From the IMG/VR virus record IMGVR_UViG_3300048578_000327, positions 1-34,009 of that record: a stretch of 34,009 bases of DNA. One strand, written 5' to 3'. Shown piece by piece: positions 1 through 8,400 of this stretch. Each line of letters starts with the position of its first letter. The stretch's first letter is position 1. The translations under genes and the position numbers were made by a program. The notes beneath the pieces are model-generated. The model saw only the letters and a list, made by a program, of their open reading frames with translations, did no database searches and had not been told where the DNA came from. The stretch is from a virus. Lineage: Duplodnaviria > Caudoviricetes.

Positions 1-234
1 ATGACCACCGCCCCCCAATCCAAAGCCTCCCTCGTGCGCGATCACATGTCCGCTGGCCGCTGGGCCGAGGCCGTCCGCCTGGCCGCATCGTTCCGGCGCC
101 TGGACAAGCACCGCACGGCCATCCTCGACGCCCGCACGGCCTACACGAACCCGCGCTGGCTGGCCCAGCTCGGCATTGACCCCGAGGCCGCCAAGGAAGC
201 CGGGCACGCCGCCCTGCGCGAGCGCTTCGCCTGA
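1..234 (+). CDS. Hypothetical 77-aa helical protein, convergent with the modification cassette
   Basis: Clean ATG-TGA ORF with phage-like GC3 codon usage; stops 10 nt from the PLP gene stop. Confidence 0.75.
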   Translation: MTTAPQSKASLVRDHMSAGRWAEAVRLAASFRRLDKHRTAILDARTAYTNPRWLAQLGIDPEAAKEAGHAALRERFA

Positions 235-244
235 TCCCTTCCCC

Positions 245-937
245 TCACGCCCCCACGTTCCAGAACAGCGCGCCAGGCCCCGCCTCGGCGCGTATGTACT
301 CCCAGGCCTTGGCGTCATAGCCCGGCGCACTCGGAAACGGTGGCCGCACCTTGGCCGCCCGCTCAAAGGGCAGCGGATGCACGATCCGCCGCGCCCGGCC
401 CGTATCGCACCCCTCCCGCCCCACCACCACGGCCACGAACCGCGCCCGTGGCCACGCGCGCTGCAGCGCCCGCGTGAGCACCCCGGAGCCCGCCACGCTC
501 CACACCTCGACAGGCTCCAGGCCCGTGGCCGCCGCCGCCTCGGCAATGGCCCCGAGGCTGGCCGCAGCGTCGGCCCCGAAGGGCACCAGGTGCGCCCCGC
601 GCTCGGCCGCGTAGGCCCGAGCACGTGCTTGAACCACCGACAGGTAGCCGCAAGGCACCGGCACCACGGCCGCGCCAGCGTCGGCCGCCGCCACCGTCAG
701 CGGATGCGGCACCTTGCGCGCGGCCGTGAACACGGTCGCCCGGCGCCCGAGAAGCCGCGCACAGTGCGCCAGGGCCACCTGGGCATAGCCCTGGGCCGGG
801 CTCGCATAGACGAACTCGGCCGCCGCCTGCGCCTGCATCAAGGGCAGCAAGGCGCGCATCTTGGTTCCGCCCGGCAGCAGATCATCCCGGACGACAAAGA
901 CACCCGCATGCTCCTCGATGACAGGCGCAGGCAGCAT
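245..937 (-). CDS. PLP-dependent enzyme, fold type II (ACC deaminase/D-cysteine desulfhydrase/Thr dehydratase-like)
   Basis: VVRDDLLPGGTKMR (PLP lysine), QGYAQVALA, VAGSGVL phosphate loop, terminal YDAKAW...LFWNVG; start shares base 937 with the upstream stop (TGATG). Confidence 0.85.
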   Translation of the reverse strand: MLPAPVIEEHAGVFVVRDDLLPGGTKMRALLPLMQAQAAAEFVYASPAQGYAQVALAHCARLLGRRATVFTAARKVPHPLTVAAADAGAAVVPVPCGYLSVVQARARAYAAERGAHLVPFGADAAASLGAIAEAAAATGLEPVEVWSVAGSGVLTRALQRAWPRARFVAVVVGREGCDTGRARRIVHPLPFERAAKVRPPFPSAPGYDAKAWEYIRAEAGPGALFWNVGA

Positions 938-1950
938 CAGCGCACCGCCCCGCAGGCGGCCGTGGCACGCCGGGCATCGCCCTTCACGAACACCAGCACC
1001 TGCTGGTGCGTCCGGCCCAGCTTGCGCGACACCTCAAACGCCTTGCCCGCCCGGATCGGCAGCGAACCGGCAGACGTGACCAGGATGGCCTCGTTGTAGA
1101 GCTGCGCCCCAGCATCACGGAATGCCGCAATGGTGTCGCCCACGAAACCGCGCTGCAGCCCCTTGGTGTCGCGGAAGTCGCCGACGACGAAACAGGCGAA
1201 GCGGTCAGGCCGCAGCAGGGCCACGGACTCCTTGATGATCTGGCGGTAGGTCTGCAGAAAGCGGGTATAGCGCATGGTGGAAAGGTCGGCCTCGTCGTCG
1301 CTGTAGCGCTCCAAATTACCGTAGGGCGGGCAGGAAAACAGCAAGTCGGCCTGCACCTCGGGCAGCGCCTGGCGCACCGCCAGCGCATCGCCCTGCACCC
1401 AGCGCGGCGCGGGCATGCCCGGCTGGCCCAGTGCGGCCCACTGCGCGCGGTTGGCCTGCACCTGCTCGGCGCGCAGGTCCAGGCCTGCGTAGCCGCGACC
1501 CGTGGCCGCTGCGACGATACCGCGCACGCTGCCGCCTGCGAAGGGGTCGAGCACCAGATGCCCCGGCGCAGAAAACCAGCGGTACACGAGCTCGCACAGC
1601 ACCGGGTCGAACACGCTTGTGCCCTGGTGCCGGATCTTGTCCGGGTGGGCCTGGGCGAACTCGGCCCAGGTGGCCTTGCGGCCGAGAGCGGCTTCGTAGG
1701 CGTTCTTCGCCGCGTAAGTTGCGGGCGGCTGCGCCGAGGTCGGGTACAGCAGGCGGTCACTGCGGCCCAGCTCGGACTGGATGCCGGTCGCCAGCCAGGC
1801 CGCTTTGCGGTCGCGCCACCAGCCCGTGCGGGCATCCAGCAGCGAGAACGGCACCGCCAGATAGCGGTCAGCCAGGGAGGGATTGCGCCCGCAGCTGGGG
1901 ATCGTGTCCAGGCCGGGCGGGGTGAAGGTGGGAAAAGTTGCTTTCGTCAT
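937..1950 (-). CDS. SAM-dependent N6-A/N4-C DNA methyltransferase-like protein at the mom position
   Basis: Motif I-like VLDPFAGGSVRG, GLDL, catalytic motif IV-like FSCPPY, C-terminal HQQVLVFVKG; directly downstream of com. Confidence 0.85.
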   Translation of the reverse strand: MTKATFPTFTPPGLDTIPSCGRNPSLADRYLAVPFSLLDARTGWWRDRKAAWLATGIQSELGRSDRLLYPTSAQPPATYAAKNAYEAALGRKATWAEFAQAHPDKIRHQGTSVFDPVLCELVYRWFSAPGHLVLDPFAGGSVRGIVAAATGRGYAGLDLRAEQVQANRAQWAALGQPGMPAPRWVQGDALAVRQALPEVQADLLFSCPPYGNLERYSDDEADLSTMRYTRFLQTYRQIIKESVALLRPDRFACFVVGDFRDTKGLQRGFVGDTIAAFRDAGAQLYNEAILVTSAGSLPIRAGKAFEVSRKLGRTHQQVLVFVKGDARRATAACGAVR

Positions 1951-2113
1951 TCGAGCGTTTCAAGGGTTGGACGCTCGGCTGGCGCTCTAAAGAGGCGCTC
2001 GGGGCGCTCTGGAACTTGTTCAACGCCCCGCAGCGGGGGCATTTGATGGAGAGGGCCATGTAGATGCCCTCCCCGAGTTTGCAGCGGCAGTTGCCACAGC
2101 GGATTTCATTCAT
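1868..2113 (-). CDS. com: Com-family zinc-finger translational activator
   Basis: EIRCGNCRCKL...IKCPRCGALN (CxxC...CxxC); overlaps the start of the modification gene as in Mu com-mom. Confidence 0.9.
   Translation of the reverse strand: MNEIRCGNCRCKLGEGIYMALSIKCPRCGALNKFQSAPSASLERQPSVQPLKRSNDESNFSHLHPARPGHDPQLRAQSLPG
1952..2009 (-). promoter_or_regulatory. Putative Com-responsive translation-initiation element
   Basis: Four GAGCG(C/T)C repeats (2009-2003, 2000-1994, 1987-1981, 1976-1970) and a CGAGCGT/ACGCTCG hairpin ending 1 nt before the ATG at 1950. Confidence 0.7.
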
Positions 2114-2156
2114 TGCAAGCCTGTTACACGGGTTGAAACATCTGGTAGGCTCGCCG

Positions 2157-2257
2157 CACTCTGTACAGGGTGGCGGGCCTTGCCGGCTTGCAGGGCACTT
2201 CTGCAGGTTGGGGCTGTTGCCGGTGTTCGCGCACCGGCAGGGGTCGCCCGTCTTTTT
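2157..2257 (+). ncRNA. Putative structured antisense sRNA upstream of com
   Basis: GTTACA-N17-TAGGCT with extended TG (2123-2151); closing stem 2172-2178/2246-2252; G-U-rich inner stem; hairpin TGCCGGTG-TTCGCG-CACCGGCA; T5 tail. Confidence 0.55.
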
Positions 2258-2273
2258 ACTGGTCTCCTACCTC

Positions 2274-2759
2274 CTACGGGTGCTCGCCCGGTTGCACGGG
2301 CGCAGCGATGATTGCATCGGCGTCAACGTCGTGGCCCGCTTGTCGCAGCAGGGCGATGCCTGCTGGCAGATCGGGGTTGTCCAGGTCGATGTACTTGCGC
2401 ACGCTCGCATCGCGCACCACGGCCGCAACCACCGGCGTGGCGTCGGCCAGGATCGCCCATTTGGCCGGCCCGAAGCGGTCGAAGAACGCGCCGACGCTGA
2501 TGTGACGCGGCACCGGCACAAGATCGACGGCCACCGGCACAAACACCGGCTCGCCTGCTGCTTCGCTCGCCGCGCGGTCGTAGCGCTGGCCCAGCAGATC
2601 TTCGCGCAGTCCGTCTATCTGCACCGATTGCGCATCGTCGATCGGCGAGTGGGACTGCGCCACGGCGATCACAGCATTGCCCGCGTTGAGGTGCGCGTAA
2701 TAAAACGCCTGCACCGTCACCAGGTTGGAGGGGATTGGGGTCGCTTCAATGTCGCTCAT
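2274..2759 (-). CDS. Tail-fibre-associated or assembly protein (161 aa)
   Basis: Start MSDIEATP via ATGA overlap with the upstream gene; C-terminal RHISVGAFFDRF...YIDLDNPDL segment typical of distal tail genes. Confidence 0.7.
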   Translation of the reverse strand: MSDIEATPIPSNLVTVQAFYYAHLNAGNAVIAVAQSHSPIDDAQSVQIDGLREDLLGQRYDRAASEAAGEPVFVPVAVDLVPVPRHISVGAFFDRFGPAKWAILADATPVVAAVVRDASVRKYIDLDNPDLPAGIALLRQAGHDVDADAIIAAPVQPGEHP

Positions 2760-3052
2760 GATGGGTAAAACTCCGTCAATTCCCAGGAAACTTTGGCAGG
2801 GTAAGTTGGATTGCCGAATGCATTGACCGTGACAGATCCACCGCCGGAAGCGAGAGATATGTATCCAGCAGATATGGGAGAGCCATCCCCCCAATACGCA
2901 CTTCCCAGGCTGCCCAGCAGCCTCAGCTCCGTCCACGCAGGATCTACAGGCGCGATCGGCACGGAGACGGCTGTGCCGACCGTGACAAAAACAACGCCCC
3001 GCTGTATCGATTTTCTGCCACCGATACCAAGCACTTGAGACGCAAGCGGCAT
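2756..3052 (-). CDS. Small tail-tip or fibre protein (98 aa)
   Basis: KSIQRG...VSWELTEFY beta-rich pattern; tightly packed in the tail operon. Confidence 0.75.
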   Translation of the reverse strand: MPLASQVLGIGGRKSIQRGVVFVTVGTAVSVPIAPVDPAWTELRLLGSLGSAYWGDGSPISAGYISLASGGGSVTVNAFGNPTYPAKVSWELTEFYPS

Positions 3053-3055
3053 GGC

Positions 3056-3751
3056 TTATATCCATCCTTTCTCATTTCCGGAATAAACAAGTTGAAATTT
3101 CAAACGCGGCACGTTGAGCCGCATCGGCCCACTCAGGCCGCGAATCTTTCCCTCCCCGGGATCGACAATCGCCGCCATCGACATTGACAAGTCCGTGACC
3201 AATACGGTGTCGCGCAGGGCCCCAGGAAACGGCAGCGTGAGCGTGGCGGGCGCGAGGAAGACGTAATGCATGCCCGGTTGCGCCACGGTATCGGCTACCA
3301 CGAATGCAATGGGCGGGGAAAGCGCGCCACCAATCAGCCACCATTCATCGGGCGAGACGGAGGGCTCGGACAGCGCCGTCATGGGCACGCGGCAGCGGTA
3401 CAGCAGGCCGTTGGCCGGGCTCCACACCACCGCGCCGAAGACGTAGTAGTACGGCATGCCGTCCTGGCTGCCCACCCACTTAGTGGCGCCCACGGAAGCC
3501 GCTGCTGCCGCCGCCATGCTGACCGCCTGCGCTTCGCTGGCCGCTGCGGCATTTGCCAATTCGTTCGCGCGTGTGGCGCTCGCATGCGCATCGAGGGCGT
3601 TTTCATAAGTCGCTCCTGCAATCGCATTCACTTCCTCCCGGTGCGGCGTGAGCGCCGCGACGTGGGTGTCGGCGTGCGCGTCGAATTCAGGGTCTCCGAT
3701 GTACGGCGCCACCGGCAGTGGCGCAATCGGCACCGGCACAACAATGGTCAT
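3056..3751 (-). CDS. Tail fibre/adaptor protein (231 aa)
   Basis: Ala-rich coiled segment, WxxxxxY..GAVVWSP..LYRC module, C-terminal TLTLP...LVYS...GWI domain. Confidence 0.75.
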   Translation of the reverse strand: MTIVVPVPIAPLPVAPYIGDPEFDAHADTHVAALTPHREEVNAIAGATYENALDAHASATRANELANAAAASEAQAVSMAAAAAASVGATKWVGSQDGMPYYYVFGAVVWSPANGLLYRCRVPMTALSEPSVSPDEWWLIGGALSPPIAFVVADTVAQPGMHYVFLAPATLTLPFPGALRDTVLVTDLSMSMAAIVDPGEGKIRGLSGPMRLNVPRLKFQLVYSGNEKGWI

Positions 3752-4653
3752 AGGGCCTCCAAATCAATATCTCCTACGGATTCAACGACGTTCGATACGT
3801 CGAGTGGCATGCGGCGATAGACGCCAAAAACAGACACGGGCTCCGCATAGCCGTCTGTCGTGTCACCATCGAGGCCCGCCCACAGCGCCGGCACCGCGTC
3901 AAGCTGTTGGCGGGCGCGCAGGTACTTGACCGCGTTGCTTTTTGGCATGGCAACGCGCACGCGCAAGGTGGGCGAACTCTTGACGGGCACCAACTGGATG
4001 CCGCCCCACTTGTCGCGGTCGATGGTGCTGAAGTTGAGTGCGTCGTTGCGGGGCGACCAGTTGGCGTGCCCGAGCCACGTACTCATGCCCACCGCCGCAT
4101 GCTCCACGCGCACGGAGCCGCCAGCGCGGGTCAGCGTGACCGTGACAATGGCGCCGGAAAACGGCGGCAGGTCGTGCAGAACAAGTGACGGCTCGGTGTA
4201 GTGGCCGCCAAAGTAATAGTCGCTCCACGTGCGCGAGCTGCGCGAGATCAGGCTGCGCTCGATGCGGCGCACCTCCTGACCGTTCACTGTGACCGACACA
4301 ACCACGGCGTGCGCGTCCACCCCGCGCAAGAAAAGGCTGTTGAACCGGCGCCCAGGCGCCAGCGTGAACGTCAGCGGCGACGCTCCGACGCTGGCCGCGT
4401 TCGTGAGGTGGCGGAACATCGCCCAGCGATTTGTGTGGCCGACGTCGAGCCAGTACTCCGGCGCCACTGCGGGCGGCCAGCCCGTGGGCGCCAGGCACTT
4501 GTAGCGCTTCTGGACATCGGGCAGCGCGAGGATTTCTCCTGCCGCCCAGGGTCGGGCAACCCATGGCAGTTCACCCGCGCTTTCATCGACTTCGGGGATG
4601 CTGCAGGCCACAAGGTGCGCGGGCTCCAGCGTGTGAGGGGGGATAACGATCAT
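3748..4653 (-). CDS. Tail tip (distal tail/hub-like) protein (301 aa)
   Basis: Downstream of tape measure; WLDVGHTNRWAMF and NFSTIDRDKWG motifs; AGGAGG Shine-Dalgarno upstream. Confidence 0.75.
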   Translation of the reverse strand: MIVIPPHTLEPAHLVACSIPEVDESAGELPWVARPWAAGEILALPDVQKRYKCLAPTGWPPAVAPEYWLDVGHTNRWAMFRHLTNAASVGASPLTFTLAPGRRFNSLFLRGVDAHAVVVSVTVNGQEVRRIERSLISRSSRTWSDYYFGGHYTEPSLVLHDLPPFSGAIVTVTLTRAGGSVRVEHAAVGMSTWLGHANWSPRNDALNFSTIDRDKWGGIQLVPVKSSPTLRVRVAMPKSNAVKYLRARQQLDAVPALWAGLDGDTTDGYAEPVSVFGVYRRMPLDVSNVVESVGDIDLEAL

Positions 4654-4665
4654 GTCCGTGCCTCC

Positions 4666-5457
4666 TTAAACCATGTTCCACCAGACGTTGGACGCGTCCA
4701 GCCAAGCAACTTGCAGCGCGAAGCCAGGCAGCCGCAGGTTGCACACAAGGTCGCTGTCGAACATCCCCCGGGAGCCGCAGAACCAGGTGCCCACCTCTTG
4801 GCGCGCGATAGTGAAAGCCTGGGCCGGCCACGTCATGTGCAAGTTCAAAAACTCGATGCGATCACCCAGCGCCAGGCTGGCGCGCTTGGGCAGGTACATC
4901 GTGATGGCGCCGCCGCCCGTCCAGATGCTGTAGACCGCGCCCAGTTGCAGCACGCCGCCCTGGGTTTCGCGCAGATAGCACGCCCGCGAGAGATCCCGCC
5001 CGAACGCAAGTGACGGCGTGCCAGAGGTGCCGGGCAGGCCCTGGGCACCCTGGGGCCCCGTAGCCCCTTGCGGCCCCGTGGGGCCTGCAGGGCCTTGGAT
5101 GCCCTGCGCGCCTGTGTCACCTTTCGCGCCTGCGGGGCCTTGTGCGCCCTGTGGCCCGGTCGGGCCTGCCGGGCCCTGGGCGCCGGTTGCGCCGGTCTCC
5201 CCCTTGGCGCCTTGCGGCCCCTGGATGCCCTGGGCGCCGGTGTCGCCCTTGGCGCCCGCAGGGCCCTGGATGCCTTGCGCCCCTGGCGCGCCCGCGTCGC
5301 CCTTGGGGCCGGCCACCCCCTGGGCGCCTTGCGGGCCCGCAGGGCCGACGAAGGCACTGGCGCTGGCGCGGTAGTCCCGTTCCGGGCGGGCCACCATGAT
5401 TTGATCCGACGGCAGGATTGGGCCGGGCAGTGGCCGCAGGCCGAGGAGCGTTGTCAT
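4666..5457 (-). CDS. Collagen-like tail fibre protein
   Basis: 37 uninterrupted Gly-X-Y triplets followed by a globular C-terminal domain; ATGA overlap with the tape measure stop. Confidence 0.85.
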   Translation of the reverse strand: MTTLLGLRPLPGPILPSDQIMVARPERDYRASASAFVGPAGPQGAQGVAGPKGDAGAPGAQGIQGPAGAKGDTGAQGIQGPQGAKGETGATGAQGPAGPTGPQGAQGPAGAKGDTGAQGIQGPAGPTGPQGATGPQGAQGLPGTSGTPSLAFGRDLSRACYLRETQGGVLQLGAVYSIWTGGGAITMYLPKRASLALGDRIEFLNLHMTWPAQAFTIARQEVGTWFCGSRGMFDSDLVCNLRLPGFALQVAWLDASNVWWNMV

Positions 5458-8400
5458 ACCCGCAGCTCCAGGGCCGACGCGCTGCTAGCGATCTGCATCG
5501 CCTGCGCGCCGCGCGTCACGCGCAGCAGCACGTCGGCGGTGTCGCGCGTGTGCTGCCCAATGTCCCCCAGGCGAGTGCCCTGGGACTCCACCGCCAGCGC
5601 CAGGCGTCCCATGGCGCGGGCCATCTCGGTGCTTAACCCGCCGCCCGCGATCTGCGAGAGCATGTCCCGTGTCTGGCCCGCGCTGTAGATGCGGGACGCG
5701 CCCGTGACCTCAAGCTCCGGACCCTCTTCGCCCACGAGACGCACGCCGCCCAGGTGCGAGCCACCGCGTGCAAAGGCCGGGATGCCATGGTCCTCGAACA
5801 GCTTGCGCATGTCGTCGGCGCCAACACCATACGCATCAGCGATGTCCTCTATCGACCAGTCGTAGAACAATGACATGTTGTACGCCTTGAGCAGATCGTC
5901 GGTGCTGCCCGGATCGAAGCCCTTGAAGTGCCGCAGTATCTTTTCGGCCTCGGTCTCCGGGACGTAACCACCACCACCACCGTCGCCGGGGCCAGAGCCG
6001 CCAATGGCGAATTTGCCGCCACCGCTGCCGCCACTGTCGCCTTCACCGCCTTTGCCTTCGCCGTCCTCTTTTTCTTTCAAGATGGCCGCGCGCAAGGCAT
6101 CCACGGCCGTAGTGACGCCGAGCACCGCTTCTGTGGTGCCCCGCACCGCGTCGATTTCCGCACGGCTGGCGACCAGCAGGTCGTCCAGGTAGCGCAACTG
6201 TTCCTGGGCCGTCTCCAGCGTCTGTTCATCCACGCTGAGCTGGTCGCCGGCCGCCGTGCCCAGGGTTTCGAGCTGGAGGGCGAGCTTGAGCTGTGCTTCT
6301 TCCCACTCCAGGCGCGATGCGTAAGCGCTCTCGCCCATGCCGCCCCGCACTGCGTCGATAGCGCGCGATAGCTCGGCCTGGTCTGGCAAGTAGCCTGTGG
6401 TTGAGGCTGCGGTAATGGCGTCACCGATGAAGCGCTGCGCGCGGGCCGCAGCCATGGCCGCAGTCGCATCGACGGTGCCGCGCAGATCGCGCACCTGGTC
6501 GCGGGTCAGGTCAACGATGGCGCGTTCCTGGTTCACGCGCTCCTGCGCCGCGTCCACGCGCGCCTGGATGGCGTCGCGCTCGGCGGCGACCGCGCGCTCC
6601 AGCGCCTGCAGTGCGGCATCGGTGGCGCTGCGGCGGGCATCGGCTTCGGCCTTGGCCGCCCGAGTGACCGCCTCGGCGCTGTCGGTGCTGGCAGCGGTCA
6701 CGCTCTTGATGGCCTCGGACAGCGCCAGCAGTTCGGCTGCGGCCTGTGCAGCCGCGTCGTCGCCGTTGGCTGCTGCAAGCATGTCCTCGACGATCTTGCG
6801 GTACAGCTCGCGGGCATTCGATGCGTCCAGATCCACGCTCACGCCCAGCGCCGCCAGGCGGTCGTTGATCTCGCGCTTGGCAATGTCGCGGCGCTCGGTC
6901 TCGCTGTAGAAACCTTCGTAGAAGCTCGCCGCGTTCTGGCCCAGCGCTTCGATGCCGCCCGAGGCCGTCAGGATGCGCTCGAAAGCAGTGTCTGTGAGGC
7001 CCGCGAAGCCCGTGATTTTGCGGCCCAGGTCCTCGAAGGCCTGGGCGATGAGGCCGATCTGCGCGACGACGGCGCTCAGGTCCTCCATGCTGGCCGCATC
7101 GCCAATGCCTTCCAGCAGGGTGTTTGCCCAGCTCGGCAAATCCATGTCGAGCAACACTTGGCGCGTGTCTTTGGCGATGGCCGAGAGGTACATCTTCCAG
7201 CCGTCCTCGCCGTCCGCAAAAATCTTCGGCGCCCACTTCGAGGTGCGGCCGTCTTCCCAGTCGAGGAGCTTTTGCCCGTCGCGCGAAATCCGCAGGCTGC
7301 CGAAGCCGGGGTCGTCGGAGCTGTCGTCGCTGTACGCGGTCATGACGCCGAAGGTGCCCCCCTTGCCCAGGGCCTTGCCAAGCCCATTGAGGGTGTCGCC
7401 CACGGCGCGGGCCACGGCATCCACGCCCGCCTGGGCGCCCTGTGTGTAGCGGCCAGCGGTGCCCGAGCGCACGAAGACATCGTTACCCCCGGTCAGGGTG
7501 GTGCCGTCGTACTCGGCGGCGGCGCCCCAGTGGGGCGTGCCGCTCTTGTCGAACTTGCCCACCAGGGCCGCCACGGTGGCAAGGCCCGCGAGCGCCCAGC
7601 CCCAGCCGGGGATGGCGGCAAGGCCCGAGGCGCCCGCCCCAGCGCCAGCACCGGCACCGGCCCCCGCAGTCAGGCCCAAGCCACCGCCCCCTGCGGACAG
7701 CCCAAGGCCGCCGCCCGCCGTCAGGCCCAGGCCCGAGGCACCTGTTCCAAGCGAGTAGAGCGACCCCGCGCCACCGCCAAGGCCCAGCCAGCCCATGGCC
7801 TTGCTGCCCAGGTTGTACAGGCTGGATGCATTGCTGGCCAGGCCCAGCAGATTGCCGCCGCTGCCCAGGCCCACGGCGTTGAGACCCTGCTGGATGACGC
7901 CGTTGATGACCAGCGACACCGGCGTCATGATCGCGCTGATCGTCGGGCGCAAGACCATGGTCTTGAACAGGTTGACGGTGGCGTCGGCCAGGTTCTCGGC
8001 CATGCCTTTGCCATCTTCAAAGCCGCGCATCAGCGCATCGGTCAGGCTGCGGTTGATCTCGTCCGAAGCCCGCGCCATGTACTGCTGTTCGGCCTTCGCC
8101 ACGGCAGCGGCGCTTTCAATGCGCTGCGCGCGCAGCGTTTTTTCCCGCAGGGCCTGCTTCTCGGTGTCGGTGAGGGCCGATTTGTCGATGTCGGCCAGTT
8201 CCTTGGCGTATTTCAGCTCCACGGCGCGCTGCGCCGTGATCTTCTCGCGCTCGAGCGCGGTCAGGCCCGAGAGCTGCAGCTCGTCTTCGTAGGCTGCGGC
8301 CAGTTCCTGCGCGCCGCGCAGCAGCTCGTCCACATGCTTTTCGGCTGCCTTGTAGTCGGCCTGGCCCAGGGCGGTCACGTAGCGCTGCTGCGCGGCGATC

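Noticed and set aside
1-244. Prophage terminus (TG...CA with transposase-binding repeats)
   Set aside because: The window begins at an ATG and no end repeats are recognisable; the end probably lies further left
245-937. Auxiliary metabolic ACC deaminase or D-cysteine desulfhydrase
   Set aside because: At 230 aa it is much shorter than those enzymes and is translationally coupled to a DNA MTase under com; a metabolic role is not excluded but is less parsimonious
5017-5349. Repetitive DNA resembling a CRISPR or VNTR array
   Set aside because: Fully explained by Gly-X-Y collagen codons; no constant repeat with unique spacers and no cas genes
2274-5457. Invertible G segment/gin or a diversity-generating retroelement for host-range switching
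   Set aside because: No invertase, reverse transcriptase, inverted gix-like sites or TR/VR pair was seen
7620-7800. Gly/Ala-rich GLGL(T/S)AGGG repeats in the tape measure
   Set aside because: Low-complexity linker beside a hydrophobic segment, common in tape measure proteins
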